In this document: positions 28,274 to 40,517 of the stretch, piece after piece
Layout: each line of letters opens with the position of its first letter
Numbering within the stretch: the stretch's first letter is position 1
Origin: Hydrurus foetidus
Lineage: Eukaryota
Reading direction: 5' to 3'
DNA length: 44,479 nucleotides
Assembly: GCA_900617105.1 (NCBI GenBank)
Contig: UYFQ01000679.1
Span: 1 to 44,479 of the forward strand
Notes under the pieces: model-generated
Database searches by the model: none
What the model saw: only the letters and a program-made list of their open reading frames with translations
What the model was told of the DNA's origin: nothing
Program-made: the position numbers and the translations under genes

Positions 28274-31200
28274 ATGATGGACGCGTACTCGAGGACTTGG
28301 ACTCTGCGGGAGGAGATCGCTCTGAAACGTAGAACGAGGAATAGTCGTGAGGCAGCTCACTGTACCTTTCAACCGGTGCTGATATCACGGCAAGAAAGGA
28401 GTACAACGGGAAAATCTATTGGGTGCCGCTTTATTCGATTGTACGACGATGCTATCAGGCGCATGACCGACAAAACAGGATCTTTGATCTCGGGAGGAGT
28501 CGCTGACGATCCGATTAAGATAGTTTCGTCAGTAGAGGATTGCGATCAGCAAGTGTTTCTTGATTCTATGGTGGGAACGTCTGGGTCCGTAGCATTAAAC
28601 TTGAACGGAACCAGCTCAGAGCCACATGGTTTTCAGCTCAATAAAACGAAATGGGGGAGTAACATTACCAAGTCAACAACACTAACGGCGAAGAATTTGC
28701 ACTTTCTAGAGTCTAGGCAGCGACGTCAGTGCCTACTGGGGAAATATAAAAGTGCAGCAAATGTGCGACTTCCTGGAAATTGCACATTTACACCTGAAAT
28801 GTCAGGTATGCGATCGTCATTTTGCTCAAAGTCGATTGCATCCACTCACGTGTCAGTGGAAAGTCGTCTTCTAGAATATGGAGTGATAAAGAAAAAACGG
28901 TTAGAGTGGAAACAAAGCCTCAAAGCGAAAGAAATGGTTGCAGATTTAACTTTCATTCCAACTATCAACCGATCCAAGGTGTCAACTGCATCACCTTTGC
29001 AACAAGAGAGAACTGACGTATACAGACGCCTTTCAAGTCCAGCTGATAAGAAAAATCAAGCACTTTTGGCTGAACTTGATTCTGAGTTAACTTTCCAGCC
29101 AAAATTAAGAAGGGCAAGTATAGCTTCAGTACAAGGGGGTGAAGTCGTCAATGACAGATTATTTAGAGAGGCAGAACAAAGAAGAAAAGAATTTGAAGAA
29201 CAGGTTTGACTATTCACATCATCTGATTCTTAGGATAGTCGAATTATTAGCAATCCTATGTGCATGTTTAGAATATTCTTTTAAGTTTTTCTACGGAATG
29301 TTCTTTGAACTTTACAGATGCACGTTCTGAGATCAGCAGAACATGCGAAGTATTCCTATATTCCGACCATTCCGCAGTACAGTGGAGGAAATCAAAATGA
29401 AGAAGCATCAGTAGACAGTCAAGGCACACCGGTGTACGAAAGATTGTACGGAAGCCAGAAACATATGTATAGCATATTTGAGGAGGTACTGTACTGTAGC
29501 ATAGGAAAATGAAAAAGGAGCTTGATCATTGATTATAGCCCCAATTCTGAGCATTCATCTGATACTGTAACTCCACACTTTTCTGCTTCGTAAACTTCTC
29601 TAAATCCGTATTTCTTGATTTTACCGTTTAGATCCGTCACGATCTTGAAATGAGTCAATGTACGTTTCAACCGAACCTCACGGCTATGGGAAGAAACGCA
29701 ACAAGAAGGTGATGATTAACAGAATAGCCTGTAGCAGTACATACGTTCAGACAGATTTCGTGTCAGGGTCATGATTGTGTGTAAAATGTAGTTACGACAT
29801 ATCCAACATGTTTGATACCTATATTTGAATTCATAGCATACTAACAGTATACAAAACACGCATTGATTTTCTGTATTGCTATTTTCAATCTCAAAGATGA
29901 TAACTGTTCTAAAAATCTCATTTAAATTGTGCACATAGGGCGAGTGAAGGTCCAGTTCATGAAAGGCTCGATAAAGACGCACAACTTAAAAGAAAAGAAT
30001 CCGAAAGAAGACTACAAGACAGACATGATGCGGAATTGCTGATATTTACATTTCAACCTCATTTCGAAACAAATTCCAAAAAAAATCCAAGAAGAAAGAA
30101 CTCGGACCCAGAAAATTCCAGAAATGAAATTAGGCGTCATTCTGACATGCAGAGAAGAAGACTTAGCATGCCAAATATGATATCCACAAGTTCTCTTGTA
30201 GTATCTTCCGACTCTTCAGTCCGCAGAATTGACTCCATTCATTCTATTCAAGAAAATCAATCAAGCACTAAAAAGTAAGAATCCGATACCAAACGATTCA
30301 ATGCTTAGATTTAAAATTTGATTTCTTGATGGTATTACGTGTATCTATCATGTTAAAAGTTTAAATCATTTCGTGTACGCACACGACTTCAATGCATCAC
30401 CAATATCTGTATACTAAAATCTCATTTCATTTCTTTTCTTTTCATTTGTTTTCATTTGTTTTCATTTCTTTTCATTCGCTACACATCGCAGGGCAAGTGA
30501 AGATCTCACTATTCCAGAAATCGCAATGGTGGATTCAGACAGCACTGGGGACTCTCAAGAAATAGTCGGTCATTCACATCTGGATCTTGGACCTGTACAA
30601 GAACCGGAATTTCAACGTACATTGGAACCAAAACCACAATCTGGAACTAAATCCGAATTGAACTGTGCAGCAATTGAAACACAGTATCCGTTTAGTTTAT
30701 CTGAAACTAGTAGTGACGTCATCCCTGATGGCAATCAGATCTCGAAATTGGTCACACCTACTAATGAAAGAGAGTGCTGCGATGATCCGTCTACAGCGCA
30801 CCTGTGCACATCTCCTGTGAGGAGACCCTTCTACTCGTGTGGTGATGAGAGTAATTGTTCGAGCCCTCTGGGAGAGAAGAATGGACATCTCACTTTGATG
30901 TCCCCTCGTTCAATGTACGTACTGTACTGTACTGAACTGTATAATGTACTGTATACTGTACTGCACTGTACTGAACTGAACTGTACTGTACTGAACTGTA
31001 CTGTACTGTACTACACTGTACTGTACTGTACTGTACAACACTGTACTGTACTGTGCTGTACTGTACTGTACGATACTACACTGTACTGTACTATACAACA
31101 CTGTACTATACTGTACTGTACTATACTGTACTGTACTATACTGAACTGTACTGTGCTGAACTGTACTATAGAACAATTATTCGCAATCATCCTCCTTTCC

Positions 31201-31459
31201 TCCTACCAAATCATTTCTATCAATAATGCCTCACTATTCCTTTCATATCAATTTTCCATTTTCAAATATCTTTTTGAGAAGCTGCAATTCGTTGTCCCCA
31301 CCTAATCCAAATTGGCACCATGATAAAGACGGAAATTATGCTCTCTCAACTTCAACATCTCGGGTCTTGGACTTTGGGGGTACGAACTTGGATCTACCCC
31401 CTAAAAATTCCACGGATGAAAAACAGCCAATCGGCTTTGATAAAATCGCGTGGGCATGA
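28274..31459 (+). CDS. Multi-exon paralog of the 25086-27299 protein (CTFxP/RLY repeats)
   Basis: Exon 1 (28274-29203) has HCTFQP...RFIRLYDDAIRR, NCTFTP, LTFIP, LTFQP. Later exons near 29318-29484, 29632-29708 (QCTFQP), 29939-30274 (FTFQP), 30491-30914 and 31281-31459. Confidence 0.65.
30917..31170. repeat. Degenerate (CTGTA)n pentanucleotide satellite (intronic)
   Basis: About 50 ctgta/ctgaa/ctata units; explains the YCTVL and QYSTV repeat ORFs. Confidence 0.92.
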
Positions 31460-32509
31460 TCTTGACATTTGATGACGTGATAGCATTAATCATTTAGGAT
31501 GTTTTGAATAGCAAATAGTCTTAATAGTAGATAGGTGAATGTACGATATTGTACAGTAGCGAAAGAAAGTACGCGTATAAACGTTTTATAACTATTACTC
31601 ATATAGGAATTGTAACAATTCAGTCACGAAAATTAAAATGAAATAGCTGAAACTTGTATTGATATTAGATACTGTATAAGCATTAAACGAGCAACCTATT
31701 GTGTATTGCGTGTTATCAGGTTGGTATCCATCTTCATTAGCACTTTCATTTCTCAAATCTTTTATTTGCAGTTTGCATTTCTGCAGCATCAAAATAGTAT
31801 TTTTTTTCTTTTCGTTTCCAGGAAATCATGCATTTTATTTTCGTTTTTTTTCCACCTGGAGCCCATGCTTACAATTTTTATTGTCTCACATTTCATTTTT
31901 CAACTTTTTCCCACGTAAATAATGCGTTCCAAAAATTATGCAGTCTATCGATAGACTCCATAAACGATTTAATAAAGCTGAATTTTAACCGTTTCACTTT
32001 GTCTTGATTGTGTTCGCTTTCGGCAATATTGATCAACGGCAGGCAGAGTACCGGAAGGAGATGTTTCTACTGTGTCCTTCAGTGTCAATAACCCACTGAC
32101 CATATGCATCACTAACTGTGCATTCTTGCATCCAAAATGCTACAGTGTTCCAGCAAAATTAACACCCTCTAGAGTAGTTCTAACAACTCTGGAAAGAAAA
32201 TTCGCATTGCTGCACTTGCACTGGAAAAAATTGAAATTTCACTTCATAACTATCTTGGCTAGGAATGTTCGATTAAACGGTTAAATTTAGCCGGATTAAG
32301 CTGCAAATTACTGAAATTGCAACGACAAAAATACCACCACATATATTCACTAATCGATCACATCCGTGATGTTGCGGTCATACAAATAGAAAGAAAAAGA
32401 ACAATATAGTCTGTTAAAGAAAGGAATCATTGAGTGGTGACAATGAAATAAATAAGCAAAAAAGAAATAAATAAAATCGGTTATTAGTGACAAATTAATA
32501 GAGCAGTAA

Positions 32510-33528
32510 CTATCCTAAGTTGTTCAAGCCCGCGCTTTTGTACTCCTCAAATTGCCGAGTAATTTCACCTGCTAACGAAATAACTTTTCAGCTCTTGACA
32601 CAGCCATAATAGGAATTGAAGTGTCAGAAGCGAAGCGCTAAATGTAGGAGTTCTCGCCGATGCAAGATTGGAGAGTCATAATGGTTTCTGGGGATAGTGG
32701 GGGTCGCTTTCTGGGGGCAACATCGGATGCATCCGACAGCTTTCGTACCGGGAGTACTATCGAGAGATCGGAGTTCGATCTGTCTTTGCCATTTGGTGTG
32801 TCCGATATTCCTGTTATGCTGCCATTCGTGCTGCCGCACATAGTATTCCGAGTTGAATTGGATCTTGAAAGTTGATTTTCAAGGTCACATTTTTCTTGTA
32901 GAGCTTTGTGGAGCTTCTTGAACAAGTTATTCGACAGCAATTCTTGCTCAGCTTCCACTTTCCGTGCCATCTATTCCGAGTGAAATAGAGAGCAGGTAAC
33001 AAACATCAATTATAATTGATAATACGTGTCAATCAGTGGTCCAACAAGATGAAAGTACCTGTTCTTGCTCACACCTCATCTTCTCAACTTGTTTCTTCAG
33101 ATCCTCGACTTCTTGATCCATTTGATCTTTTTCACATCTTAAGATAGTCAGCTGCCGCTGAAGTTTGTTAGTCAGCCCTTCCTCCTCCCTTTCGAGATCA
33201 ATAGCTAATTTCTCTTTCTCGAGTTTCGCTTTCTCAATCTTGCAAATAAGCTGAGCGATGGGGAAGTGGTATGATAGTCACTGGGAATGATTGTTTTAAA
33301 CGTCAATGACGATCCTCGATGCGGAACATGCACAGTCTCCTTCAGTACCTTGTTAACAATGAACTCCTCGGACATTTCGCAGTTGCAGGCGAGAGTTTCA
33401 TGAATCTTTCGGAGTTGTTGTAAACTGTCTTCAGTTTTCAGCCGAAGAAGTTTCTCATCATCGTAGGATGATTGCAGCGCGATGGATTTCTGCTTCTCCG
33501 AGTTGAATTCTCGTTGGAGGGCCTCCAT
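32510..33528 (-). CDS. CCDC6/DUF2046-like coiled-coil protein; exons 33528-33349, 33250-33059, 32970-32658, 32568-32510
   Basis: Repeated E-x-EEE-x-L-x-N-x-L motifs (EMSEEFIVNKL, EREEEGLTNKLQRQL, EAEQELLSNNLFKKL) as in CCDC6. The last exon requires a GC-AG intron; otherwise the CDS stops at 32638. Confidence 0.7.
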
Positions 33529-33674
33529 TCTTGAGCGCTTTGTTTTTGTCTAAGCGCTAGGGTCGATAAATTGTGAGTAAGATGTTGTCGTGGTGATAAT
33601 GTGCCTAGATCCTAGATGTGTACCATGTTTTTGTGTGAGGAAGTTCAATGAGGTCCCATCTTTAGAAACCGGAT

Positions 33675-33867
33675 GCGTACGGTGCCCTATTATTTGTTCG
33701 TTTTGCGTTTTGTGGTATTTATTACGATTCAATTTTTGATAGTCAAAATGACGGAAACAGAAATTTTACCGAAAAATTTATCTGCATAGCGTCAGTGTTT
33801 CATCAAAATCTGATCACAGATTCGGATTCAGCGTTTAAGCTAGACTGCTTATGCAGATATTTTCTAA
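33675..33867. mobile_element. Degenerate partial copy of the adjacent MITE end, in inverted orientation
   Basis: Aligns by eye, with indels, to the reverse complement of about 34132-34314. Confidence 0.7.
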
Positions 33868-33887
33868 TATTTCGACATTCTGAAATA

Positions 33888-34314
33888 CCGTCCGGTGCCC
33901 TATTATTAGTATTTTCAATTTCCGAAATATCATTATTTTTGGACTTCCTGAGCGCAATTATGATGCCGCTCTAGAGAGCTGTCGAGATTCAAACTAATAA
34001 TGAGCCGCTGCAAATTAAACTGTATGACAGTTATTGCGAAATGTTTCTAGTTTTTTTCCTATATTTCATTAAAGTGTGATTTTTTGACTTCTCGGTACCG
34101 GGGGATCGAATTATATCAAAATCTGGGAACGTTAGAAAATATCTGAATAAGCAGACTCGCTTAAAAAAGTGTGCTGAATCCGAAACTGTGATCAGATTTC
34201 GATGAAACACTGACGCCATTGAGATAAAATTTCCGTTTTCGTCATTTTGAGTGTAAAAAGTGAATCATAAAATCGTAATACCACAAAACGAACAAATAAT
34301 AGGGCACCGGACGG
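33888..34314. mobile_element. Tc1/mariner-type MITE (427 bp)
   Basis: Perfect 20-bp TIRs CCGTCCGGTGCCCTATTATT ... AATAATAGGGCACCGGACGG, flanked by TA at 33886-33887 and 34315-34316. No transposase ORF. Confidence 0.8.
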
Positions 34315-34941
34315 TAGATCCACAAGATGGTATACCCTGCTTGCTGAGTCAGGAATTGGGAATCTGAGTCCGGAGTCTTGAGTCCAGAGTCTAGGATCGT
34401 TGCGGGACATCAGCTATGTGATCTTCCTGGGGCGAAGAGCTGTGGAAAAATGGTTCAAGAAAGAAAGGATTTGAGTATCGTTTACATGTTCTGTGTTGGA
34501 GCTACTGCACAGGAGCCTTGGAAAAGTTGTAGTCCAGTAGGAGGTAGAAAAGAACGACGAGAGTGAGCAATGGTAGTAGCTTTGGTTACAGCGGCAGGAA
34601 CTAGGGCTAAATTCTACGTTAATTAGTTGAGTAGCGATTGCAACGTTGGCCGGAGACTTGAGACCTTGTAGAATGATATCATCTGTCCAATATCTTGCTG
34701 ACTATTACCACTGCGCCCCCGCCGCTGTCAACCGGCACCATAACTGGTCTGTCCACCATAACGCACTAATAAGATACAGACAGTACACTCATTGGATAAA
34801 TTGTTTGGAGAAGTGAAATGACTGTCCCCTTATTTTGGTTTTGGTAGGAAACCAGATACAGACGTGTAATTGGTCGATAATTTGTACTCTGTATTTTGTT
34901 CCAAAGATGATGTACGATGTACGTATAGAACAGGGTGACAC

Positions 34942-35306
34942 TGTCGGAATAACTAATGAGCTAAGTAACCGTATAAGTTATTACGTATGTACATTTGATG
35001 ACGTTTCGTACGTCGTGTGCTGTGTGGTGGTCGCTACTCCACCGGTCCAGGTTCCTTTAACCCAGGAACATCAAAATGATGAAAGTGCACCATGTTTGAC
35101 TGTGCGGGACAGCGCGATCTTTTCGCCTGTCTCCATGAACGATGTAAGCGATGTTGCATCGTTAGTTACCTTAATACTCACACCAGCAGAGCTTTCGCCT
35201 TGAGCCCGGGAAAGTTGCTAGCGCACGTGTTGAACCTGCAGAAGGAGCGCGTACCCAGGAAGGATATAGTCTTCCATTCAGTGGAAACTGATCCTTAGTT
35301 ACGACA
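34942..35306 (+). repeat. 5' LTR (365 bp)
   Basis: Direct repeat of 40936-41299 with TG...CA ends. Confidence 0.97.
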
Positions 35307-35343
35307 TAATTAACGAGTTGCTTTCGTTGCAACCAGTTGCAAC

Positions 35344-36453
35344 ATGAAAGGCAGAGGCCGAGGCCGAGAACACAATACCGCAGGCGGTCGAGCAAACCCT
35401 GCCAACGGTGGCAGAGGGAATGCTGGCCGCGGTGCGAAGCCTCCACCAAGAACAGGAACGGTAGCCGCGATTGGCGCATTCCTGGATCTTGGAAGAGAGA
35501 TGAACCATGGTAGCGTAAGCGCATGGATGAGGAAGTTCCGCGAGTACACTCGCGCGAACTACAAGTCCGATATCTCTGAGATATTCGGCAACGAGGGCAT
35601 ACCGGGTGATTACCCGCAATATGTCGCTCCAGCGGACATAGCAGCCGATGCGAACTTTATGGTATCAACAAAATGGAAGCGAGCATTGGAGCTATACGAC
35701 AGAAACGTCCTTACTCTGAGAGAGGACCGAAAGCAAGTCTTCGGACTAATGCTAGGTCAAATTAGCGAAGCGTCGAAAGCGACAATTCGAGAAGCTGAAA
35801 CCGGACTTGCAGCGATGACTGCAGAGGACCCGCTGCTACTGTTGAGAGCCATCATATTGACTCACCTATCGGATCCGAGGCTGGGAGCAGATCAGAACCT
35901 GCTGAGAGTCCGAATGGCGTATGAGACAGTCAAAATGGAGCAGAACGATGTGCTAAAGTACTACTATCAACGCTTTAAAGCGTTGAAATCTGGATACGAG
36001 GACACGATGCGGGCGTTAGGAGTCATGCCCGAGTTCAACGAGGCCATGACCGCCCACAACGAAGTACTCACTGGGATGAAATTTATGAACGGATTGAACT
36101 CCGGATACCGTCATTACGTGGAGTACTACGAGCACAGGCTCAAAGACTGGCCAGACACCCTCGAGGACGCGTACCTCGAGATGGCCAAGGTCACCCCGAA
36201 GAAGTCAGCAGCAGCAACACCACCCAACCAGACCAATGTTTTCGCTACGAAAACGGCTGGCGGTGAGAAACCAGCTGGGACAGAGAAAGGGAAAGCTAAT
36301 GGGAACGGGGGCAGAGGGAAGGGTGGGCGTACGTCGTACGGCACCCGTCCCGGCAACTGTAATAAATGCGGTGAACTTGGGCACTACTCATACGAGTGTA
36401 CAGCGGAAAGCCAAGCGGGTGCACCAGCACCCAGTGGAAAATCGGTAAACTAA
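35344..36453 (+). CDS. gag: Copia Gag with CCHC zinc knuckle
   Basis: 369-aa ORF with RGG-rich N-terminus and CNKCGELGHYSYEC knuckle. Confidence 0.92.
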   Translation: MKGRGRGREHNTAGGRANPANGGRGNAGRGAKPPPRTGTVAAIGAFLDLGREMNHGSVSAWMRKFREYTRANYKSDISEIFGNEGIPGDYPQYVAPADIAADANFMVSTKWKRALELYDRNVLTLREDRKQVFGLMLGQISEASKATIREAETGLAAMTAEDPLLLLRAIILTHLSDPRLGADQNLLRVRMAYETVKMEQNDVLKYYYQRFKALKSGYEDTMRALGVMPEFNEAMTAHNEVLTGMKFMNGLNSGYRHYVEYYEHRLKDWPDTLEDAYLEMAKVTPKKSAAATPPNQTNVFATKTAGGEKPAGTEKGKANGNGGRGKGGRTSYGTRPGNCNKCGELGHYSYECTAESQAGAPAPSGKSVN

Positions 36454-36636
36454 GTAAGATACATTATTCTCCACCCGTACACTCACCCACACCTACACCT
36501 GTACATACACCCGCACTTACATTTACACACACACCCATACACACCGATCCTCCATGTTTGGCTGATTCCACTAGCGGAATTGAAACATGTGATCATATTG
36601 TTTTTAGTGCCAATACATGCAATATATATAACATGA

Positions 36637-39600
36637 TTAGAAGTAGACACATGTGCTGGTGAGTCGGTTTTCAACGACTCATCCCTGCTGTATAATGTCG
36701 AACACGCACCCACACCTATGATTGTTAGCGGGGTGAATCCGAAAGGAAAACCGCTGATAATCAAGAAACGTGGGGTGTCGGCGTTCGGCAACGTGTATTA
36801 TAGCCCTGACTGTGCTGGTAATATATTGTCTTTTGGTAATGCTGTACGTGACTGTACTGATGTTAAGTACTTACATGACTATGATTGTTACATAGTGCAA
36901 GACGTCAGTGGAAAATATTTTTATAGATTCTCACGAGATGAGACTATGAATATATACCAATGTAATCTTGACACTATGGTAACAGAATGCATGCCAATGT
37001 TAGTTACGACAGTAGAGCAGAATAAGAAGAAGTATACAGTAAGAGAAGTCAGAGACGCGTCGTTAGCTAGAGACTATCAGCGTAGACTAGGATACGCTAG
37101 CGCAGCACAGACTATTAAGTTGATATCCCAAGGGAATTTGACTAATAGCAAAGTGACTGCGCGAGACGTACATAGAGCCATTGATATATGGGGACCGGAC
37201 GTGGGATCCCTTAAGGGGAAGACCACCAGTCACCAGGCCAAGTTAGAAGAGAAGCTACCACTGATAGGTATTGAGTACAAGACAGAACAGATTATGTATG
37301 TAGATATAATGTTTGTCAACCAAGTACCATATCTAGTATCAGTAGTGCAGCCCATCGAGTTCCTATACGTTAGCAAGTTAGCTAACCGAGAGCACAAGAG
37401 CATATGGAACAGCCTAAAGACTTCATTAGCAAGCATGGTAAAGTACAGATTCAGAGTTAAGATGATCCGAGTAGACGGCGAGGGTGCAATCAATACAGAA
37501 TGGTTTCACAACAAAGTCGGCTTAAGAGGTATAGTACTAGACGTTACCGGAGCCGGAGAAGCCGTAGCCGTAGTCGAGCGTAAGATACGACACATAAAGG
37601 AGAGAGTAAGATCAGTAGTCAATTCTCTACCGTTCTCATTGAATGAGAAATTAGAAGTGTGGTTAGTTAAGTATGCAGTCAGTAGAATTGTATTAGCACC
37701 CACACGTAACTCACTTAATCACATCAGTCCACGAGAGAAATTAACTGGAAGAAAGTTAGACGTAGATAAGGAGATTAAACATGGTTTTGGTGATTATGTC
37801 CAAGTGCATAATGATGTCATTGATAACTCTACCAAACCAAGAACAGCCGGGGCCATAGCACTTATGAGCTCCGGTAATCTAGAAGGTTCATGGTACTACA
37901 TGCTGTTAGCTAACGAACGTATTGTTAAACGTACTAAAGCGACTGTACTACCTATGCCTGATGAAGTGATATTACACTTGAATGTATTAGCTTCAAAGAG
38001 AAAAACTGCCAATGTTAAACAGCCTGTATTTGAGAATAGTAGTCACATTGTATTCGATGATGATGACGATGTTGAAGATGATAGTGCTTACATTGGTGAT
38101 GTTGAATATGAAACTGTCGATGAAAATGCTAACGCAGATTACACCGATGAGATTATTGAAGATAACGATCACAATGATAACGAAACACATCTTGAATCAC
38201 AACTCGATATGTCTGATGAAAATCACCCACCCACATTAGATGAGTATGTAGATGACACACTATATGTGAGTGACACTACATACGACAATGACGAACTATA
38301 TTATGATGACACACATGATGACACACATGTACCCCAACCTAAATATGATCAAGCACTGATAGATGACATATTTGGCATAAGTGATGATGAAGATGACTTT
38401 GCTGATGTAACTGTACACACTGAAGTATTCACACCACCTGCCACCATAATTGAAACCGCATATGACCCACCCGTTGTAAACTCACCCGTGTTACGTAGAA
38501 GTGGTAGAAATCACCAACTTGGTAAATGGGATAAGAAATATGTTGGTAATCTGTTCTACAACCACACTCACCTGTACAAAATGACTGTTAATGAGGGAAT
38601 TAATAAGTTAGGGGTGATAGCTGTTGATTCCATTACATCTGAATTGAAACAAATGTGTGATAAGAATGTTTGGGAAGGTGTAACTTACGAATCCCTCACC
38701 CCACAACAAAAACGCACCATTATACCTAGTAGCATGTTCTTGAAAGAAAAGTATACTGCTGATGGTATGTTTGAAAAACTGAAATCTAGACTAGTAGCCG
38801 GTGGGCACTTACAAGATAGAGATGTTTATAACAATGGCGCCTCACCTACTGCTAGCACATCTAGTGTATTCATGCTGACTGCAATTGCTGCTAGACAGAA
38901 GCGTGCTGTCGCCACTGTTGACTTTCCCGGTGCATTCCTGAATAGTGATATGCCGCTGACCGGCGACCATGTTGTATACATGCGTCTGAATAAACAACTG
39001 ACTGCTGCACTAATTAAGATTGATGCAACATATAACAAATACATGAATAACAATGGAACATGTATTGTTAAACTTAAGAAAGCTTTATATGGATGCGTTG
39101 AATCTGCTAAACTATGGTATGATAAACTATCCAGTGATTTGATCAAATTCAATTATACTGCTAATGAATATGACATATGCGTATTCAACCGAACTGAATC
39201 GGATAACACACAAACATCACTCGTAATTCATGTTGATGATATGATAATCACTGCTTCAAATGAATCTCGCGTTGATGATGTTATAAAACAAATTGAAACT
39301 ATATATCCCGGTCTAACGAAACATAGAGGAAAAGTTTTAAATTACATAGGCATGACTTTCGACTTCAGCAAGGAAGGCTGCGTTAAGATGACTATGGAGG
39401 GCTTCGTGCAAGACCTCATTGAGGGGTGTAAGGATATGCCGGGCACGGCAAACACACCTGCACGAGCCAATCTATTCACTATACCTGATGAATCTGACTC
39501 ACCCTTACCTGATAATCTGCGTGAGCGTTTTCACTCTATTACAGCGAAGCTACTCTACCTGAGTAAGAGGACGAGGCCAGACATTCTGACTGCCGTAGCG

Positions 39601-40301
39601 TTCCTGACAAAGAGAGTGCTGAGGCCCCAAAGGGACGACTACGACAAGCTGACCCGTACGATACAGTACATACGGGGTAGTCAGCATACGGGTATAACAT
39701 TTGAAGTATATGAACCTATTCATGTTATTGCATATATCGATGCATCCTTTGCCATACATCCCGATATGAAAAGTCACACAGGCAGCGTAATCACCCTTGG
39801 GAAGGGAGCGATCTACGCCAAGAGCGGTACTCAGCGCCTGATGACAAAGTCCAGCACGGAGGCCGAGCTAGTCGCACTCAGCGACGCTGCCAACCAAGTT
39901 CTGTGGACCAGGAACTTCCTGGAGTGCCAGGGACACCCTCAACCTCCCGCCTTAGTGTATCAAGACAATCAGTCTACGATACAGCTCATACGTAACGGTC
40001 GCTCGAACAGCGAACGTACGCGGCACGTTGATATACGGTATTTTTCCTGCACGACAGAATCAGTACAGGCGATGTAGACATTGTGTACCTACCTACTACT
40101 GACATGATTGCAGACATTCTAACCAAGCCACTGCAGGGTGAATTGTTCAAGAAGCTCAGGAAGGAGCTGCTCAACACTTCACCACCTACCCTCACGTACG
40201 CAGATGGATGCAAGACTGAGGACCGTACGGACTCCGCGCCGACACCCGTACGCACCAAATTCAACCCACGATTTCCATACCCTACGTCCAAGAAGAACTA
40301 A
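36637..40301 (+). CDS. pol: Copia Pol (protease, integrase, reverse transcriptase, RNase H) with apparent 1-bp frameshifts
   Basis: Protease VDTCAGES (upstream of the listed ATG). Integrase DDE: YVDIMF, RVDGEG, VVERKIR. RT: KSRLVAGG, DFPGAFLN, KALYG, HVDD. RNase H: YIDAS, STEAEL, QDNQ, and ADILTKPL in a shifted frame after about 40045. Confidence 0.92.
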
Positions 40302-40380
40302 TACCTACCGACGAAGAATCCATCCGACATGCTACCCCCCTCCATCTTACCCTTCTACAACGCCGCTGTCCGCTTCAGCT

Positions 40381-40517
40381 GAAGACTGAACACTCAAGAC
40401 CCCAAGACTCCGTCATTCCTACTGCCCCCACATCCGACTCTACTACCCCATCAGCGCGCGTCATGACGAAGACTGACCACTCAAGACACCAAGACTCCAT
40501 CATTCCTGCTACCCCCC
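40381..40517 (+). repeat. Imperfect ~50-bp direct repeat in the Copia 3' untranslated region
   Basis: gaagactga(a/c)cactcaagac(c/a)ccaagactcc(g/a)tcattcct at about 40381 and about 40468. Confidence 0.75.

Noticed and set aside
30910..31176. YCTVL/QYSTV repeat protein or CRISPR-like array
   Set aside because: Degenerate pentanucleotide satellite in an intron, with no unique spacers.
34835..35298. ORFs duplicated at 41009-41460
   Set aside because: They lie within the two LTRs and have no coding signature.
36454..36607. gtaag...ttttag intron joining gag and pol
   Set aside because: The donor lies after the gag stop. The nearby in-gag donor at 36445 spliced to this acceptor meets a stop codon and misses the pol frame.
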